DNA from: an uncultured Candidatus Saccharibacteria bacterium
GTDB taxonomy: Bacteria > Patescibacteriota > Dojkabacteria > JAOAGR01
Direction of reading: 5' to 3'
NCBI GenBank assembly: GCA_964503755.1
Contig: CAZDBO010000001.1
Span: 92,285 to 156,284 of the forward strand
Length of the DNA: 64,000 nucleotides
The position numbers and the translations under genes were made by a program. This document shows positions 20,601-29,678 of the stretch, in pieces. The notes below the pieces were generated by a model. That model did no database searches, was not told where the DNA came from, and saw nothing but the letters and a program-made list of their open reading frames with translations. The first letter of the stretch is position 1. The number at the start of each line of letters is the position of its first letter.

Positions 20601-21406
20601 TGAAATCTTTAAATAATTCTATTTCTCTTTCGGAAATCGATTCTTTGATAGATTCCAATTGCGTTATTGTTGGTAATAATGCTATTCATGATAATCTTTT
20701 CGTATTTCTGAAATATATATATTTTGTTGTTTTGTCAGATAATATCAAGTCACCTAAGGTAAAAAATTCCATTGATTTCTTGAAGAAAAATAATGTATTC
20801 ATAATTTATTCATCGAAACTAGTAAAGTATATAAATACAAAACTGCATTTACAAAAAAAAAATGTTAAGTTTTTTTTGTTTATAGATTCAAAGCTAAGAA
20901 ATATTGTTAGTCTAAATTATTTCATTGAGGATTCTGTTAAATTAAAATATAGTACTGTTGTTGCTTTTCCCAGTTTGGATTACGAATACAATGTTGGATC
21001 AATGATTAGAACATCATATGCCTTCGGGGTCGATGCTATTTTAATACCTAAAAATTTCAAAAATTTTTACTCACCAGCTGTAACAAAGATATCAACAGGA
21101 TATAATTACCAAATAAGGGTTATACAAGATAAATTTGTTGATTCATTGCGTAGACTTAAAGATGCCGGTTTTTGTTTATACTGTTTCGATTCTTTAGGTG
21201 GTGAAAATATATCAAAAGTAGTGTATAATCCAAAAGCTTGTTTTGTATTTGGCGATGAAGCCAAAGGAATTGAAAAATATATAATGAGAGAATGTGATTA
21301 TACTATTGCCATACCGATGCAAAATGGTGTAGAATCACTCAATGTATCGGTAAGCTTGGGAATAGCACTGTATGACAGAAAATATAAGCAGGATATATGT
21401 CTTTAA
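20600..21406 (+). CDS. SPOUT-class RNA 2'-O-methyltransferase (TrmH/SpoU family) with ~120-aa N-terminal extension
   Basis: All three SpoU motifs are present: YNVGSMIRTSYAFGVD (motif 1), FVFGDEAKGI (motif 2), IAIPMQNGVESLNVSVSLGIALYD (motif 3). The start overlaps the rplX stop by 1 nt (TAATGA). The stop overlaps the rplE start by 10 nt. Confidence 0.8.
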   Translation: MKSLNNSISLSEIDSLIDSNCVIVGNNAIHDNLFVFLKYIYFVVLSDNIKSPKVKNSIDFLKKNNVFIIYSSKLVKYINTKLHLQKKNVKFFLFIDSKLRNIVSLNYFIEDSVKLKYSTVVAFPSLDYEYNVGSMIRTSYAFGVDAILIPKNFKNFYSPAVTKISTGYNYQIRVIQDKFVDSLRRLKDAGFCLYCFDSLGGENISKVVYNPKACFVFGDEAKGIEKYIMRECDYTIAIPMQNGVESLNVSVSLGIALYDRKYKQDICL

Positions 21407-21936
21407 AGGAAAAATATAAAAATCAAATAATAAAAGAATTAATGGACGAATTGGGTATTTCTAATCCCATGCGTGTTCCTCGACTTGTTAAGATAACTGT
21501 TAACTCGGGTGTAGGTAAGGCTCTAGAAGATTCGAGACTTATAGATATTATGGTTGAAGATATGACTTCATTTACGGGGCAGAAGGCTTTGCCAACTTTA
21601 GCAAAAAAAGATATATCAGGTTTCGGTCGACTTAAGAAAGGCGATAAAATTGGGGTTTTTGTTACGTTAAGAGGTAATAAAATGTGGAACTTTTTAGAGA
21701 AATTAATAAATGTTGTATTGCCTGGAATACGAAACTTCAAGGGACTATCTCCTAAATCCTTTGATGGAAAAGGAAATTATTCTTTTGGAGTCAAACAGCA
21801 CACTGTGTTTCCAGAATCTAATCAAAACCGACTAGAAAAGGCTATGGGGGTACAGATAAACATAACTACTAGTGCTCAATCTGATAAAGAAGCATTGATG
21901 TTACTTAAAAAAATTGGATTACCAATAATGAATTAA
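21397..21936 (+). CDS. rplE: 50S ribosomal protein L5
   Basis: 179 aa. [13 protein letters not shown]...[18 protein letters not shown]. Confidence 0.95.
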   Translation: MSLKEKYKNQIIKELMDELGISNPMRVPRLVKITVNSGVGKALEDSRLIDIMVEDMTSFTGQKALPTLAKKDISGFGRLKKGDKIGVFVTLRGNKMWNFLEKLINVVLPGIRNFKGLSPKSFDGKGNYSFGVKQHTVFPESNQNRLEKAMGVQINITTSAQSDKEALMLLKKIGLPIMN

Positions 21937-21943
21937 AACTTTT

Positions 21944-22138
21944 ATGGCAAGTAAATCAAAAGTAGTAAAATATTTAAAACAGTTAAAAAAAACAAAATAT
22001 GCTGTAAGAATAAAAAGAAGGTGTGCTATATGTGGACGCCCTCGAGGTTATATGAGAGATTTTGATATGTGTAGAATTTGTTTTAGAATACATGCTAGAA
22101 ACGCGCTTATACCAGGAGTTAAAAAATCAAGTTGGTAA
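21944..22138 (+). CDS. rpsN: 30S ribosomal protein S14, type Z (zinc-binding)
   Basis: 64 aa. CAICGRPRG...CRICFR Cys4 zinc ribbon. Confidence 0.93.
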   Translation: MASKSKVVKYLKQLKKTKYAVRIKRRCAICGRPRGYMRDFDMCRICFRIHARNALIPGVKKSSW

Positions 22139-22140
22139 TT

Positions 22141-22545
22141 ATGAAAGATAATAATTATATGAAATCAACAAATGATATTGTAGCTGATACTTTAACTAGG
22201 ATTCGAAATGCAATTAAATCAAAAAAAGCTACAGTAATAGTACCTTTATCGAAATTAGTACTTGAGATATTGAAAGTAATGCACAACTATAAATTTATAG
22301 GTGATTATCAAGTTGTAGGTAAAAATGCTATAGAAGTAAGCTTGCTTGTTGACGGACAATATAAAATAAGTGAATTAGTTAGGGTTTCGAAACCTGGTTT
22401 GAGAGTTTACGTAAAATCAAAAGATATAAAACCAGTAAAATATGGTTATGGAATAGGAATATACTCTACATCGCAAGGTGTAGTATCACATGTAAAAGCT
22501 AAGAAAATGGGTATTGGTGGAGAATATATATGTTATATTTGGTAA
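22141..22545 (+). CDS. rpsH: 30S ribosomal protein S8
   Basis: DIVADTLTRIRNA motif. The track ORF begins at 22132 but the start is more likely 22141 or 22159. Confidence 0.9.
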   Translation: MKDNNYMKSTNDIVADTLTRIRNAIKSKKATVIVPLSKLVLEILKVMHNYKFIGDYQVVGKNAIEVSLLVDGQYKISELVRVSKPGLRVYVKSKDIKPVKYGYGIGIYSTSQGVVSHVKAKKMGIGGEYICYIW

Positions 22546-22560
22546 TAAATTAAATAACTA

Positions 22561-23094
22561 TTGGTTATGGCAAAAAGTTTTGAAAAAACAATTGAGATTC
22601 CTTCGCAAGTTAAAGTATCTTTAGATTCAAGAACACTTGTTTTTGTAGGGCCAAAAGGGACTAATAAACTCGATGTTTTAAGAGAAGAAATTGTTGTTGA
22701 ATTGTCAGAAAGTGAAATTAAAATAGAACAAACAAATCAAAAAAGAGATTATTTAAACTTATATTATAGATTAATTCTAAATTGCATACAAGGAGTTACT
22801 GAAGGATTTACCAAATCGCTTGAATTGGTGGGTGTAGGTTATAAGGCTTCTATGAATGGACAAGATATAGTTCTTAATGTAGGATATTCTCATCCTGTAG
22901 TCATTAAGAAAATGAATGGTATAGAATTTTCGATAGTTGATAATGCAATAAATGTTAGTGGTATTGATAAAGTCAGGGTTGGGGATGTGGCTGCAAAGAT
23001 AAGGTCTGTAAGACCTCCAGAACCATACAAAGGAAAAGGTATTCGGTATAAAGGTGAACAGGTATATAGAAAAGAATATAAATCATTGAAATAG
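22561..23094 (+). CDS. rplF: 50S ribosomal protein L6
   Basis: 177 aa, position and two-domain L6 pattern. Confidence 0.9.
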   Translation: MVMAKSFEKTIEIPSQVKVSLDSRTLVFVGPKGTNKLDVLREEIVVELSESEIKIEQTNQKRDYLNLYYRLILNCIQGVTEGFTKSLELVGVGYKASMNGQDIVLNVGYSHPVVIKKMNGIEFSIVDNAINVSGIDKVRVGDVAAKIRSVRPPEPYKGKGIRYKGEQVYRKEYKSLK

Positions 23095-23100
23095 TAGTTT

Positions 23101-23457
23101 ATGTCCAATATCAGATTACAAAAGAGAGTTAAAAGACATCTAAGAGTACGAAAAAGAGTCTTTGGTACCAATGAACGTCCTCGAATAAGTGTTTATAGAA
23201 GTAACAAAAATTTTCAGGTGCAATTAGTTGTTGACAGCAAGGTTGGTGCATCAACTACATTATTTGGTTTGACTACAAGCATATTGCGTGAAAAAACATC
23301 GAAGAAAGAAAAAATCGATCAACTAGCAAAGATTTTTGTTGAAAAAGCAAAAGAGAAAAAGATAGAAAACGTTGTATTTGATAAAGGAGGATATGCATAT
23401 AAGGGGAATGTTAAGTTTTTAGCTGATAAATTAAGAGAATACGGATTGAATTTTTAA
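23101..23457 (+). CDS. rplR: 50S ribosomal protein L18
   Basis: 118 aa. PRISVYRSNKNFQVQLV...FDKGGYAYKGNVKFLADKLREYGLNF. Confidence 0.92.
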   Translation: MSNIRLQKRVKRHLRVRKRVFGTNERPRISVYRSNKNFQVQLVVDSKVGASTTLFGLTTSILREKTSKKEKIDQLAKIFVEKAKEKKIENVVFDKGGYAYKGNVKFLADKLREYGLNF

Positions 23458-23463
23458 TAAATT

Positions 23464-23922
23464 ATGGAAACAAACAACAAACAACAAAATAGTACAGAAT
23501 TTGAGTCTTATGTACTTTATACTAATAGAGTGACTAAGGTTGTAAAGGGAGGGAAGCGATTAAAATTTCAAGCGTTGGTGGTTGTTGGTAATAGAAAAAA
23601 TAAAGTAGGGTTGGGCTTTGCTAAGGGAGTCGATCCTAAGTCAGCTATAGAGAAGGCAACAAGAAAGGCCAAGAAAAACTTGAAACACGTTGTGGTGCGC
23701 GGCACGACGGTTCCTTATGATGTTATGAGTAAGTTTAAAGCAGCACGTATTTTTGTAAAGCCCGCAAAGCCGGGTACGGGTCTTATTGCAAGCAAGTCTA
23801 TTAGACCTGTATTAGAATTGGGTGGGATACAAGATGTTTATTCAAAAGTTTATGGTACTAAAAACAAGATAGCTAATGCCTATTGTATTTTTAATATTAT
23901 TACGAATTTTAAAGCTAAATAA
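23464..23922 (+). CDS. rpsE: 30S ribosomal protein S5
   Basis: 152 aa. VTKVVKGGKRLKFQALVVVGN. Confidence 0.95.
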   Translation: METNNKQQNSTEFESYVLYTNRVTKVVKGGKRLKFQALVVVGNRKNKVGLGFAKGVDPKSAIEKATRKAKKNLKHVVVRGTTVPYDVMSKFKAARIFVKPAKPGTGLIASKSIRPVLELGGIQDVYSKVYGTKNKIANAYCIFNIITNFKAK

Positions 23923-23932
23923 TTAGTAGGTT

Positions 23933-24361
23933 ATGTTGAATAATTTAATAAAAATAAAACAGAAGTCAAAAAAGAGAATTGGTAGAGGTGGAGGTTCCGG
24001 GAAAGGTTTTCATACAGCCACACGAGGCCAAAAAGGCCAGAAATCTAGGGCAGGTTATTTTAGAAGAAAAGATTTTCAAGGTGGACAAAAGCCATTAAGC
24101 AATAAACTTCCAAGAATAAGAAAATCATTTACTGTAGTTAAAAAACAAAAGCCAAAGACTATAAAAATTGATTTCTTTTATAACATAGGTATTACAGAAA
24201 TTAATCCTGAAGTAGTTTCTAAATATTTTCCAACTAAGAACTACATAATTACTGGTTCGTCTAGTTCAGACATAGAATATTCTAAATTTGTATTATCAGG
24301 CGTAAAATTAACAAATAAATTAAAAGAACAAATAATAGCATCTGGTGGTAAGGTAGAATAA
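23933..24361 (+). CDS. rplO: 50S ribosomal protein L15
   Basis: 142 aa. RIGRGGGSGKGFHTATRGQKGQKSR. Directly follows rpsE with no rpmD between them. Confidence 0.92.
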   Translation: MLNNLIKIKQKSKKRIGRGGGSGKGFHTATRGQKGQKSRAGYFRRKDFQGGQKPLSNKLPRIRKSFTVVKKQKPKTIKIDFFYNIGITEINPEVVSKYFPTKNYIITGSSSSDIEYSKFVLSGVKLTNKLKEQIIASGGKVE

Positions 24362-24377
24362 GTGCTATATTTCGTAT

Positions 24378-26015
24378 ATGAAATTTATTGAATTATTAAA
24401 GTCTTTTTTATCAAATAAAGACATTTTGGTACGTTTGTCTATTACTTTTATAATTATAGTAATATATAGATTTTTATCTAAAATACCTGTTCCCGGCATA
24501 GAAAGAGATGCATTGGCGACTTTTTTTTCAAATCAACAAGGAGAAACCATTGGGCTTTTTAATGTAGCAAATATCCTTTCTGGGGATTCTTTATCAAATT
24601 TTTCTATTATTTCATTTGGAGTTGTGGCATATGTTAGTGCATCTATAATAATGCAATTACTCGGTGTGATTATTCCTAAAATAGAAGAAATCCGAAAAAT
24701 GGGTGCTGTTGGAACTAAAATACTGGATCAGTGGACACGTATACTAACAGTGCCTTTAGTTTGTCTTCAGGGGGTAGGAATGTATCTCGCACTAAGTTCA
24801 AGTAACAACCCTTTAGGAAGACCAATATTGGATCCAATTGAATTTAACACCTTGCGTGTTATTAGTACTATTGCAGTTTTAGTAGCTGGTACGATGCTTT
24901 TGATGTGGCTTGCTGAGATTTTGACAGAGTCTGGAATCAGTGGTGCTAAGAGAGGAGGTGGATTTAGTGTTATTATCACGGCTGGTATATTATCATCATT
25001 ACCTGCGGCTATCGTGAATGATTTTTCAAACATACAACTCAGTCGTTTTTTACAAAATATGTGGATTGCATTATTGATTCAATTCGTAATCTTTTTAATT
25101 TTATTAATCCTGTTTGTTGGATATGTGAAATTAGTAAAGTATGTATTTAATTTAAAGACAAAAGCATATAAGATTATTGGTGGGATGTTTTTGTCTTTTG
25201 TTTTGTTGTCAATACCTATTATTATTACGTTTGTAGTTAGATCACAAGATCCGACTTCTCTTTATATAAAGGATTTTATACAATTGAATTTGGCTAGATT
25301 AAATGATTTTGAGGTTAAGTTCGGATTTTTTATTGGTATACTTTTACAAGTAATAGGAATAATAGTTTATTTTAATGAATCTGTTAGAAAAATACCCATT
25401 AGGTTTGTATCACAAATCACGGTACGAACGAATTATGTTGCAGAAAAAAGTTCTTTTATTCCTGTTAAATTTTTCATCATAGGTATTATTCCAACAATAT
25501 TTTCTATGTCTTTTTTAGCTATGCCAGAATTCGTCTATCGATTTTTTGGAAATTCTATAAATGACTGGAATCCAGCTGTTGGTGAATTTGTAAGATATAT
25601 GTCGCAAGGTTGGTTTAATCAATTTAATAGTGAGTATTATTACATAGTTTCTTTTATGTTAACAGTATTTTTTTCTCTGTTTTATGTTAATGCTGTGATA
25701 AAGCCCGAAGATATAGCAGAAAACTTATCAAATATGAACTCATTTATACCAGGTTTAAGACCGGGTAAAGACTCTCTCGAATATATATCAAGAATTTTTA
25801 ACTATATGGCGTTTTGGGGCGGTATTATTTTGGCATTTTCTACTGTAGCTCCATTCTTGTTAGGTGTTTATTCTCAAACAACCATATCCTCTGTTGAAAG
25901 ACTTTTAGCTGGTGGTACAAGCCTTCTTATTTTGGTACCAACATTTTTGTCCATAAAGGATCAAGTTCTGTCAATGATACTTACTAAAAACTACGATAAA
26001 TATCGAGAAATATAA
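24378..26015 (+). CDS. secY: preprotein translocase subunit SecY (extended, 545 aa)
   Basis: Position after rplO. 10 TM pattern. About 100 aa longer than typical SecY. Confidence 0.85.
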   Translation: MKFIELLKSFLSNKDILVRLSITFIIIVIYRFLSKIPVPGIERDALATFFSNQQGETIGLFNVANILSGDSLSNFSIISFGVVAYVSASIIMQLLGVIIPKIEEIRKMGAVGTKILDQWTRILTVPLVCLQGVGMYLALSSSNNPLGRPILDPIEFNTLRVISTIAVLVAGTMLLMWLAEILTESGISGAKRGGGFSVIITAGILSSLPAAIVNDFSNIQLSRFLQNMWIALLIQFVIFLILLILFVGYVKLVKYVFNLKTKAYKIIGGMFLSFVLLSIPIIITFVVRSQDPTSLYIKDFIQLNLARLNDFEVKFGFFIGILLQVIGIIVYFNESVRKIPIRFVSQITVRTNYVAEKSSFIPVKFFIIGIIPTIFSMSFLAMPEFVYRFFGNSINDWNPAVGEFVRYMSQGWFNQFNSEYYYIVSFMLTVFFSLFYVNAVIKPEDIAENLSNMNSFIPGLRPGKDSLEYISRIFNYMAFWGGIILAFSTVAPFLLGVYSQTTISSVERLLAGGTSLLILVPTFLSIKDQVLSMILTKNYDKYREI

Positions 26016-26761
26016 TGCCAAAAACAAATTCTGAGATCGAATATATACGAGAGTCATCCAAAATTTTAGCATTGATTTTCAGTGAATTAGAAAAAATAAT
26101 TTCGCCTGGTATAAGTACTTTAGATATAGATAAGTATGCCAGTTTTTTGTGTAAGAAATATAAGGTAAAGCCTGCATTTAAAGGTTATAAAGGATACAGA
26201 TATACTATATGTGCCAATGTTAATGATGTTGTTGTTCATGGTATTCCGAATAGTCGTAAGTTGAAAAATGCCGATATAATAGGACTAGATATGGGAGTTA
26301 TATATCACGGTTATTACTCTGATATGTCAAAAACTATTTGTATAGGAGATGTAAATGATGATATAAAGAGCTTTGTTGACAAAACTTATAAATCTATGAT
26401 GCAGGGTATTTCTGTTTTGAGAGATGGAATTAGAGTAGGAGATATTAGTTATGCTATGCGAGATGACCTTTATGATAACCAGTTTATTCTTATGGAGGAT
26501 TTTGTGGGACACGGTATAGGAAGAAATCTTCATGAAAATCCAAACATACCTGGACATGGTTTAAATAAAGGTGAAGGTGAAGAGATAAAGAAAAATATGG
26601 TATTGGCAGTTGAATCAATTTCGGTTATGTCGGATAGTAATGAATATTTTATAGAGGATGATCAATGGACGGTTAGAACAAAAAACGGAGCTCTGTCAGC
26701 GCTCTTCGAACATACAGTTTTGGTAACTAAAAATGGTTACGAAATTCTTACTTTATCGTGA
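26015..26761 (+). CDS. map: methionine aminopeptidase type I
   Basis: 248 aa pita-bread fold. DxxD/H/E/E metal ligands (GHGIGRNLHE, VLAVESI). No adk between secY and map. Confidence 0.9.
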   Translation: MPKTNSEIEYIRESSKILALIFSELEKIISPGISTLDIDKYASFLCKKYKVKPAFKGYKGYRYTICANVNDVVVHGIPNSRKLKNADIIGLDMGVIYHGYYSDMSKTICIGDVNDDIKSFVDKTYKSMMQGISVLRDGIRVGDISYAMRDDLYDNQFILMEDFVGHGIGRNLHENPNIPGHGLNKGEGEEIKKNMVLAVESISVMSDSNEYFIEDDQWTVRTKNGALSALFEHTVLVTKNGYEILTLS

Positions 26762-26823
26762 TATATATTGCATTTTATCCATTCTATGATTATAATGCCC
26801 TAGATGTTTACAAATTTGAAGTT

Positions 26824-27051
26824 ATGAGTAATAATACGAAAGTTACTGTAGAAGGCAAAGTAATAGAATGTTTAAGGGGAACTGAATTTATGGTAAGAAT
26901 AGATTTGGGAGATAATATGTATGAAGACATAGTAGGTTATATTTGTGGTAATTTGAGGAAAAAGTATATAAAAGTTGATGTTGGTGATAAGGTTATGATA
27001 GAAATAAGTAAATACGATTTAAATCGTGGTAGAATAATTAAAAAATTATGA
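26824..27051 (+). CDS. infA: translation initiation factor IF-1
   Basis: S1-like OB fold. [21 protein letters not shown]...[18 protein letters not shown]. The track ORF starts at 26758; the Met at 26824 gives a typical 75-aa IF-1. Confidence 0.88.
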   Translation: MSNNTKVTVEGKVIECLRGTEFMVRIDLGDNMYEDIVGYICGNLRKKYIKVDVGDKVMIEISKYDLNRGRIIKKL

Positions 27052-27209
27052 AAGTACAAACAAGTGTAAGAAAAAGATGTTCAGACTGCTATATTGTTAA
27101 AAGAGAAGGTGTGTTGCGTGTATACTGTAAAAAAAATCCTCGACATAAACAAAAACAGGGGAAAAAGAAAATGGGACAACTTAAAAAAACTAGAAGATCT
27201 AAGAAATAA
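27048..27209 (+). CDS. rpmJ: 50S ribosomal protein L36 with Lys/Arg-rich C-terminal tail
   Basis: Missing from the ORF track (<60 aa). Hand translation gives [38 protein letters not shown] (zinc-ribbon L36 core) plus about 15 extra basic residues. The ATG overlaps the infA TGA. Confidence 0.8.
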   Translation: MKVQTSVRKRCSDCYIVKREGVLRVYCKKNPRHKQKQGKKKMGQLKKTRRSKK

Positions 27210-27607
27210 TGGCTACTAACACAAAAATATTAGGAGTAAATTTAAATCCCAAAAAATATGTACTTTATGCTTTACAAGATATTTATGGGATAGGAATGTC
27301 TCTTTCAAAGAAGATACTAAATTCGGTTGACTTAGATCCATACGTAAAAGTGGCTGACATGTCAGATGAGGATTTGAACAAAGTAAGATCGGAAATTGAA
27401 TCAGGAAAATATCTGTTAGAAGGTGATTTAAGGCAAAAGGTTTTTAAGGATATTGCTAGATTAAAGGTTATAAAGTGTTATAGAGGTATAAGGCATAAGT
27501 TGGGACTTCCTGTACGTGGTCAAAATACAAGACGTAATGCACGTACTAGAAAAGGGAAAGCTAAAATTCCAGTTGGTGGATTAAAGAAAGTGTTGCAGAA
27601 AAAATAG
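27209..27607 (+). CDS. rpsM: 30S ribosomal protein S13
   Basis: 132 aa. ILGVNLNPKKYVLYALQDIYGIG. Confidence 0.95.
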   Translation: MATNTKILGVNLNPKKYVLYALQDIYGIGMSLSKKILNSVDLDPYVKVADMSDEDLNKVRSEIESGKYLLEGDLRQKVFKDIARLKVIKCYRGIRHKLGLPVRGQNTRRNARTRKGKAKIPVGGLKKVLQKK

Positions 27608-27625
27608 CGTACAATATCTTTATTT

Positions 27626-28018
27626 ATGGCTAAGAAAAAAGAAAAAAAATCTACAACAAAAATGCCAAGCGTAAAATCTGGTAGGATATATATTTATAGT
27701 AATTATAACAATTGCTTACTTACTTTTACTGATAATAATGGTAATGTAATTGCTTGGTCTTCTCCGGGCAAAGTAGGATTTAAGGGAGCTAGAAAATCTA
27801 CACCTTATGCCAGTCAAAAAGCGGCAGCAGAATTAAATAATATGCTTAAAAGAATTGGGGTTGAAGAGGTTGATATTTATTTAAGAGGGCCCGGCATTCC
27901 GAGTAAACACCTTGTTATTAGAGAATTAGCATCGGGAGGATACAGAATCAATGCATTTGTTGATAACAATAGATTTCCCCATGGTGGAGTAACTCCAAGA
28001 AAAAAACCTAGAAAATAA
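27626..28018 (+). CDS. rpsK: 30S ribosomal protein S11
   Basis: 130 aa. GRIYIYSNYNNCLLTFTDNNGNVIAWSSPG. Confidence 0.95.
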   Translation: MAKKKEKKSTTKMPSVKSGRIYIYSNYNNCLLTFTDNNGNVIAWSSPGKVGFKGARKSTPYASQKAAAELNNMLKRIGVEEVDIYLRGPGIPSKHLVIRELASGGYRINAFVDNNRFPHGGVTPRKKPRK

Positions 28019-28021
28019 ACT

Positions 28022-28639
28022 ATGTCGAGATATACAGGACCAAAAACAAAAATCTGTCGCAGAGAGAGAACGGATGTTTATCCTAGAGTGGGTGAACTTG
28101 TGCAAGTGCCGAAAAGAATGAAAAAGAGGACTGCGCCTGGAGAGCATCCTATGTATCCTAGATTAAGTCAGTTTGGAATTCAATTTAGAGAGAAACAAAA
28201 GGTCAAGAGAATGTATGGAATGACAGAAAAGCAATTTAAAAGGTTTTTTGAAATGGCACTACGAAAAGAAGGAAATACTGGATTATTATTTTTGCAGTTA
28301 TTAGAAATGCGTTTAGATAATGTTGTTTTTAGAGCAGGATTAGCAAAAACTAGAAATCAGGCAAGGCAGTTTGTGAACCATGGGCATATTTTAGTTAATG
28401 GTAAAAGGGTGGATATACCATCTTATATAGTGAAAATTGGTGATGAACTTGAGTTGAAGGTTAATATTACAAATTCAGATTGGTATACCAGTTGGTATAA
28501 TAGTATATCTAGTTATATGCCACCATCATGGATCCAAAGAATGGATGCTTATAAAGTAAAAATTTTGAGAACTCCTGATAGACAAGATATTGAATTAACA
28601 ATAAATGAACAAAATATAGTCGAATATTATTCAAGATAA
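28022..28639 (+). CDS. rpsD: 30S ribosomal protein S4
   Basis: 205 aa. SRYTGPKTKICRRE N-terminus and S4 domain. Confidence 0.93.
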   Translation: MSRYTGPKTKICRRERTDVYPRVGELVQVPKRMKKRTAPGEHPMYPRLSQFGIQFREKQKVKRMYGMTEKQFKRFFEMALRKEGNTGLLFLQLLEMRLDNVVFRAGLAKTRNQARQFVNHGHILVNGKRVDIPSYIVKIGDELELKVNITNSDWYTSWYNSISSYMPPSWIQRMDAYKVKILRTPDRQDIELTINEQNIVEYYSR

Positions 28640-28646
28640 AAGTAAG

Positions 28647-29324
28647 ATGTCAAACTTAACAATACAAAAAAAAGAAATAGAAAAAAATAAATATTCTTAT
28701 ATTATTGGTCCTTTCCCTAAAACATGGGGAAATACGTTTGCTGCACCTATTCGTAGATCATTATTAAATAGTATACCAGGTGCTGCTATAACAAAAGTAC
28801 GTATAAAAGCTGTTGATCATGAATTTACAGGTTATGATGGAATGAAAGAAGATGTTTTGTACTTTGTATTAAATCTTCAAAAAGTAGTTATCAGAATGGA
28901 CTCTAGTGATAGTGAAAAGTTAAAACTAAAAGTAAAGGGACCAGGAGAGATAAAAGCGGGCGATATAGATTGTCCGTCAAATGTTGTGATAGTTAATCAA
29001 GACTTGGTTATTGCTACATTAACAGCTGATGTTGTATTAGAAGCAGAAATGACAGTAGAAAAGGGCGAAGGTTTCAGGTTGGCTGATGATGATATACGTA
29101 ACGTGGAACCTGGTGTCATACCGGTTAGTGCCAATTTTAATCCAGTACTTAGAGTGGGGGTTTCTGTAGAAGCGGATCGTGTAGGTCAGAGTACTGATTA
29201 TGAAAAGATTGTCTTAGAGGTAGAGACTAATGGAGCTATACACCCAGATGATGCACTGCGTGAAGCTTTGTCAAATCTTGATTCAAAACTTCAAAATATA
29301 ATAAATCAGGCAAATCAATTATAA
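28647..29324 (+). CDS. rpoA: DNA-directed RNA polymerase alpha subunit, N-terminal domain only (225 aa)
   Basis: Aligns to the alpha-NTD (GNTFAAPIRRSLLNSIPGAAITKVRIKAVDHEF). Stops at 29324 and rplQ starts at 29332, so no alpha-CTD is encoded here. Confidence 0.85.
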   Translation: MSNLTIQKKEIEKNKYSYIIGPFPKTWGNTFAAPIRRSLLNSIPGAAITKVRIKAVDHEFTGYDGMKEDVLYFVLNLQKVVIRMDSSDSEKLKLKVKGPGEIKAGDIDCPSNVVIVNQDLVIATLTADVVLEAEMTVEKGEGFRLADDDIRNVEPGVIPVSANFNPVLRVGVSVEADRVGQSTDYEKIVLEVETNGAIHPDDALREALSNLDSKLQNIINQANQL

Positions 29325-29331
29325 GATTGTT

Positions 29332-29667
29332 ATGTATAAAAAAAGGAGTGTTGTAAAATTAGGCAGGCCTAGAAAAGAGAGAAAACTCATGGTAAAGTCG
29401 CTTCTTAAGGATTTGATAGTACATGGTTATATTCGCACAACAAAGATGCGGGCTTGGGTCGTAGCTAAGGAGTTTGATGCTCTCATGAATGATGTTGTAA
29501 ATAACAATTTAAGATCAGCCTATCTAAAATTAAATGATGAAAAAATGCTTGAGAAACTAAAGCAAATGAATATTAATGATAAAAAAACAGGATTTAGTAG
29601 AATTATTAAAATTGGTAATCGTAGGGGAGACGGTGCAGAATTAGTCTTATTAGAAATTATAAAGTAA
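29332..29667 (+). CDS. rplQ: 50S ribosomal protein L17
   Basis: 111 aa. GRPRKERKLMVKSLLKDLIVHGYIRTT. Confidence 0.92.
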   Translation: MYKKRSVVKLGRPRKERKLMVKSLLKDLIVHGYIRTTKMRAWVVAKEFDALMNDVVNNNLRSAYLKLNDEKMLEKLKQMNINDKKTGFSRIIKIGNRRGDGAELVLLEIIK

Positions 29668-29678
29668 TTAAATGAATT

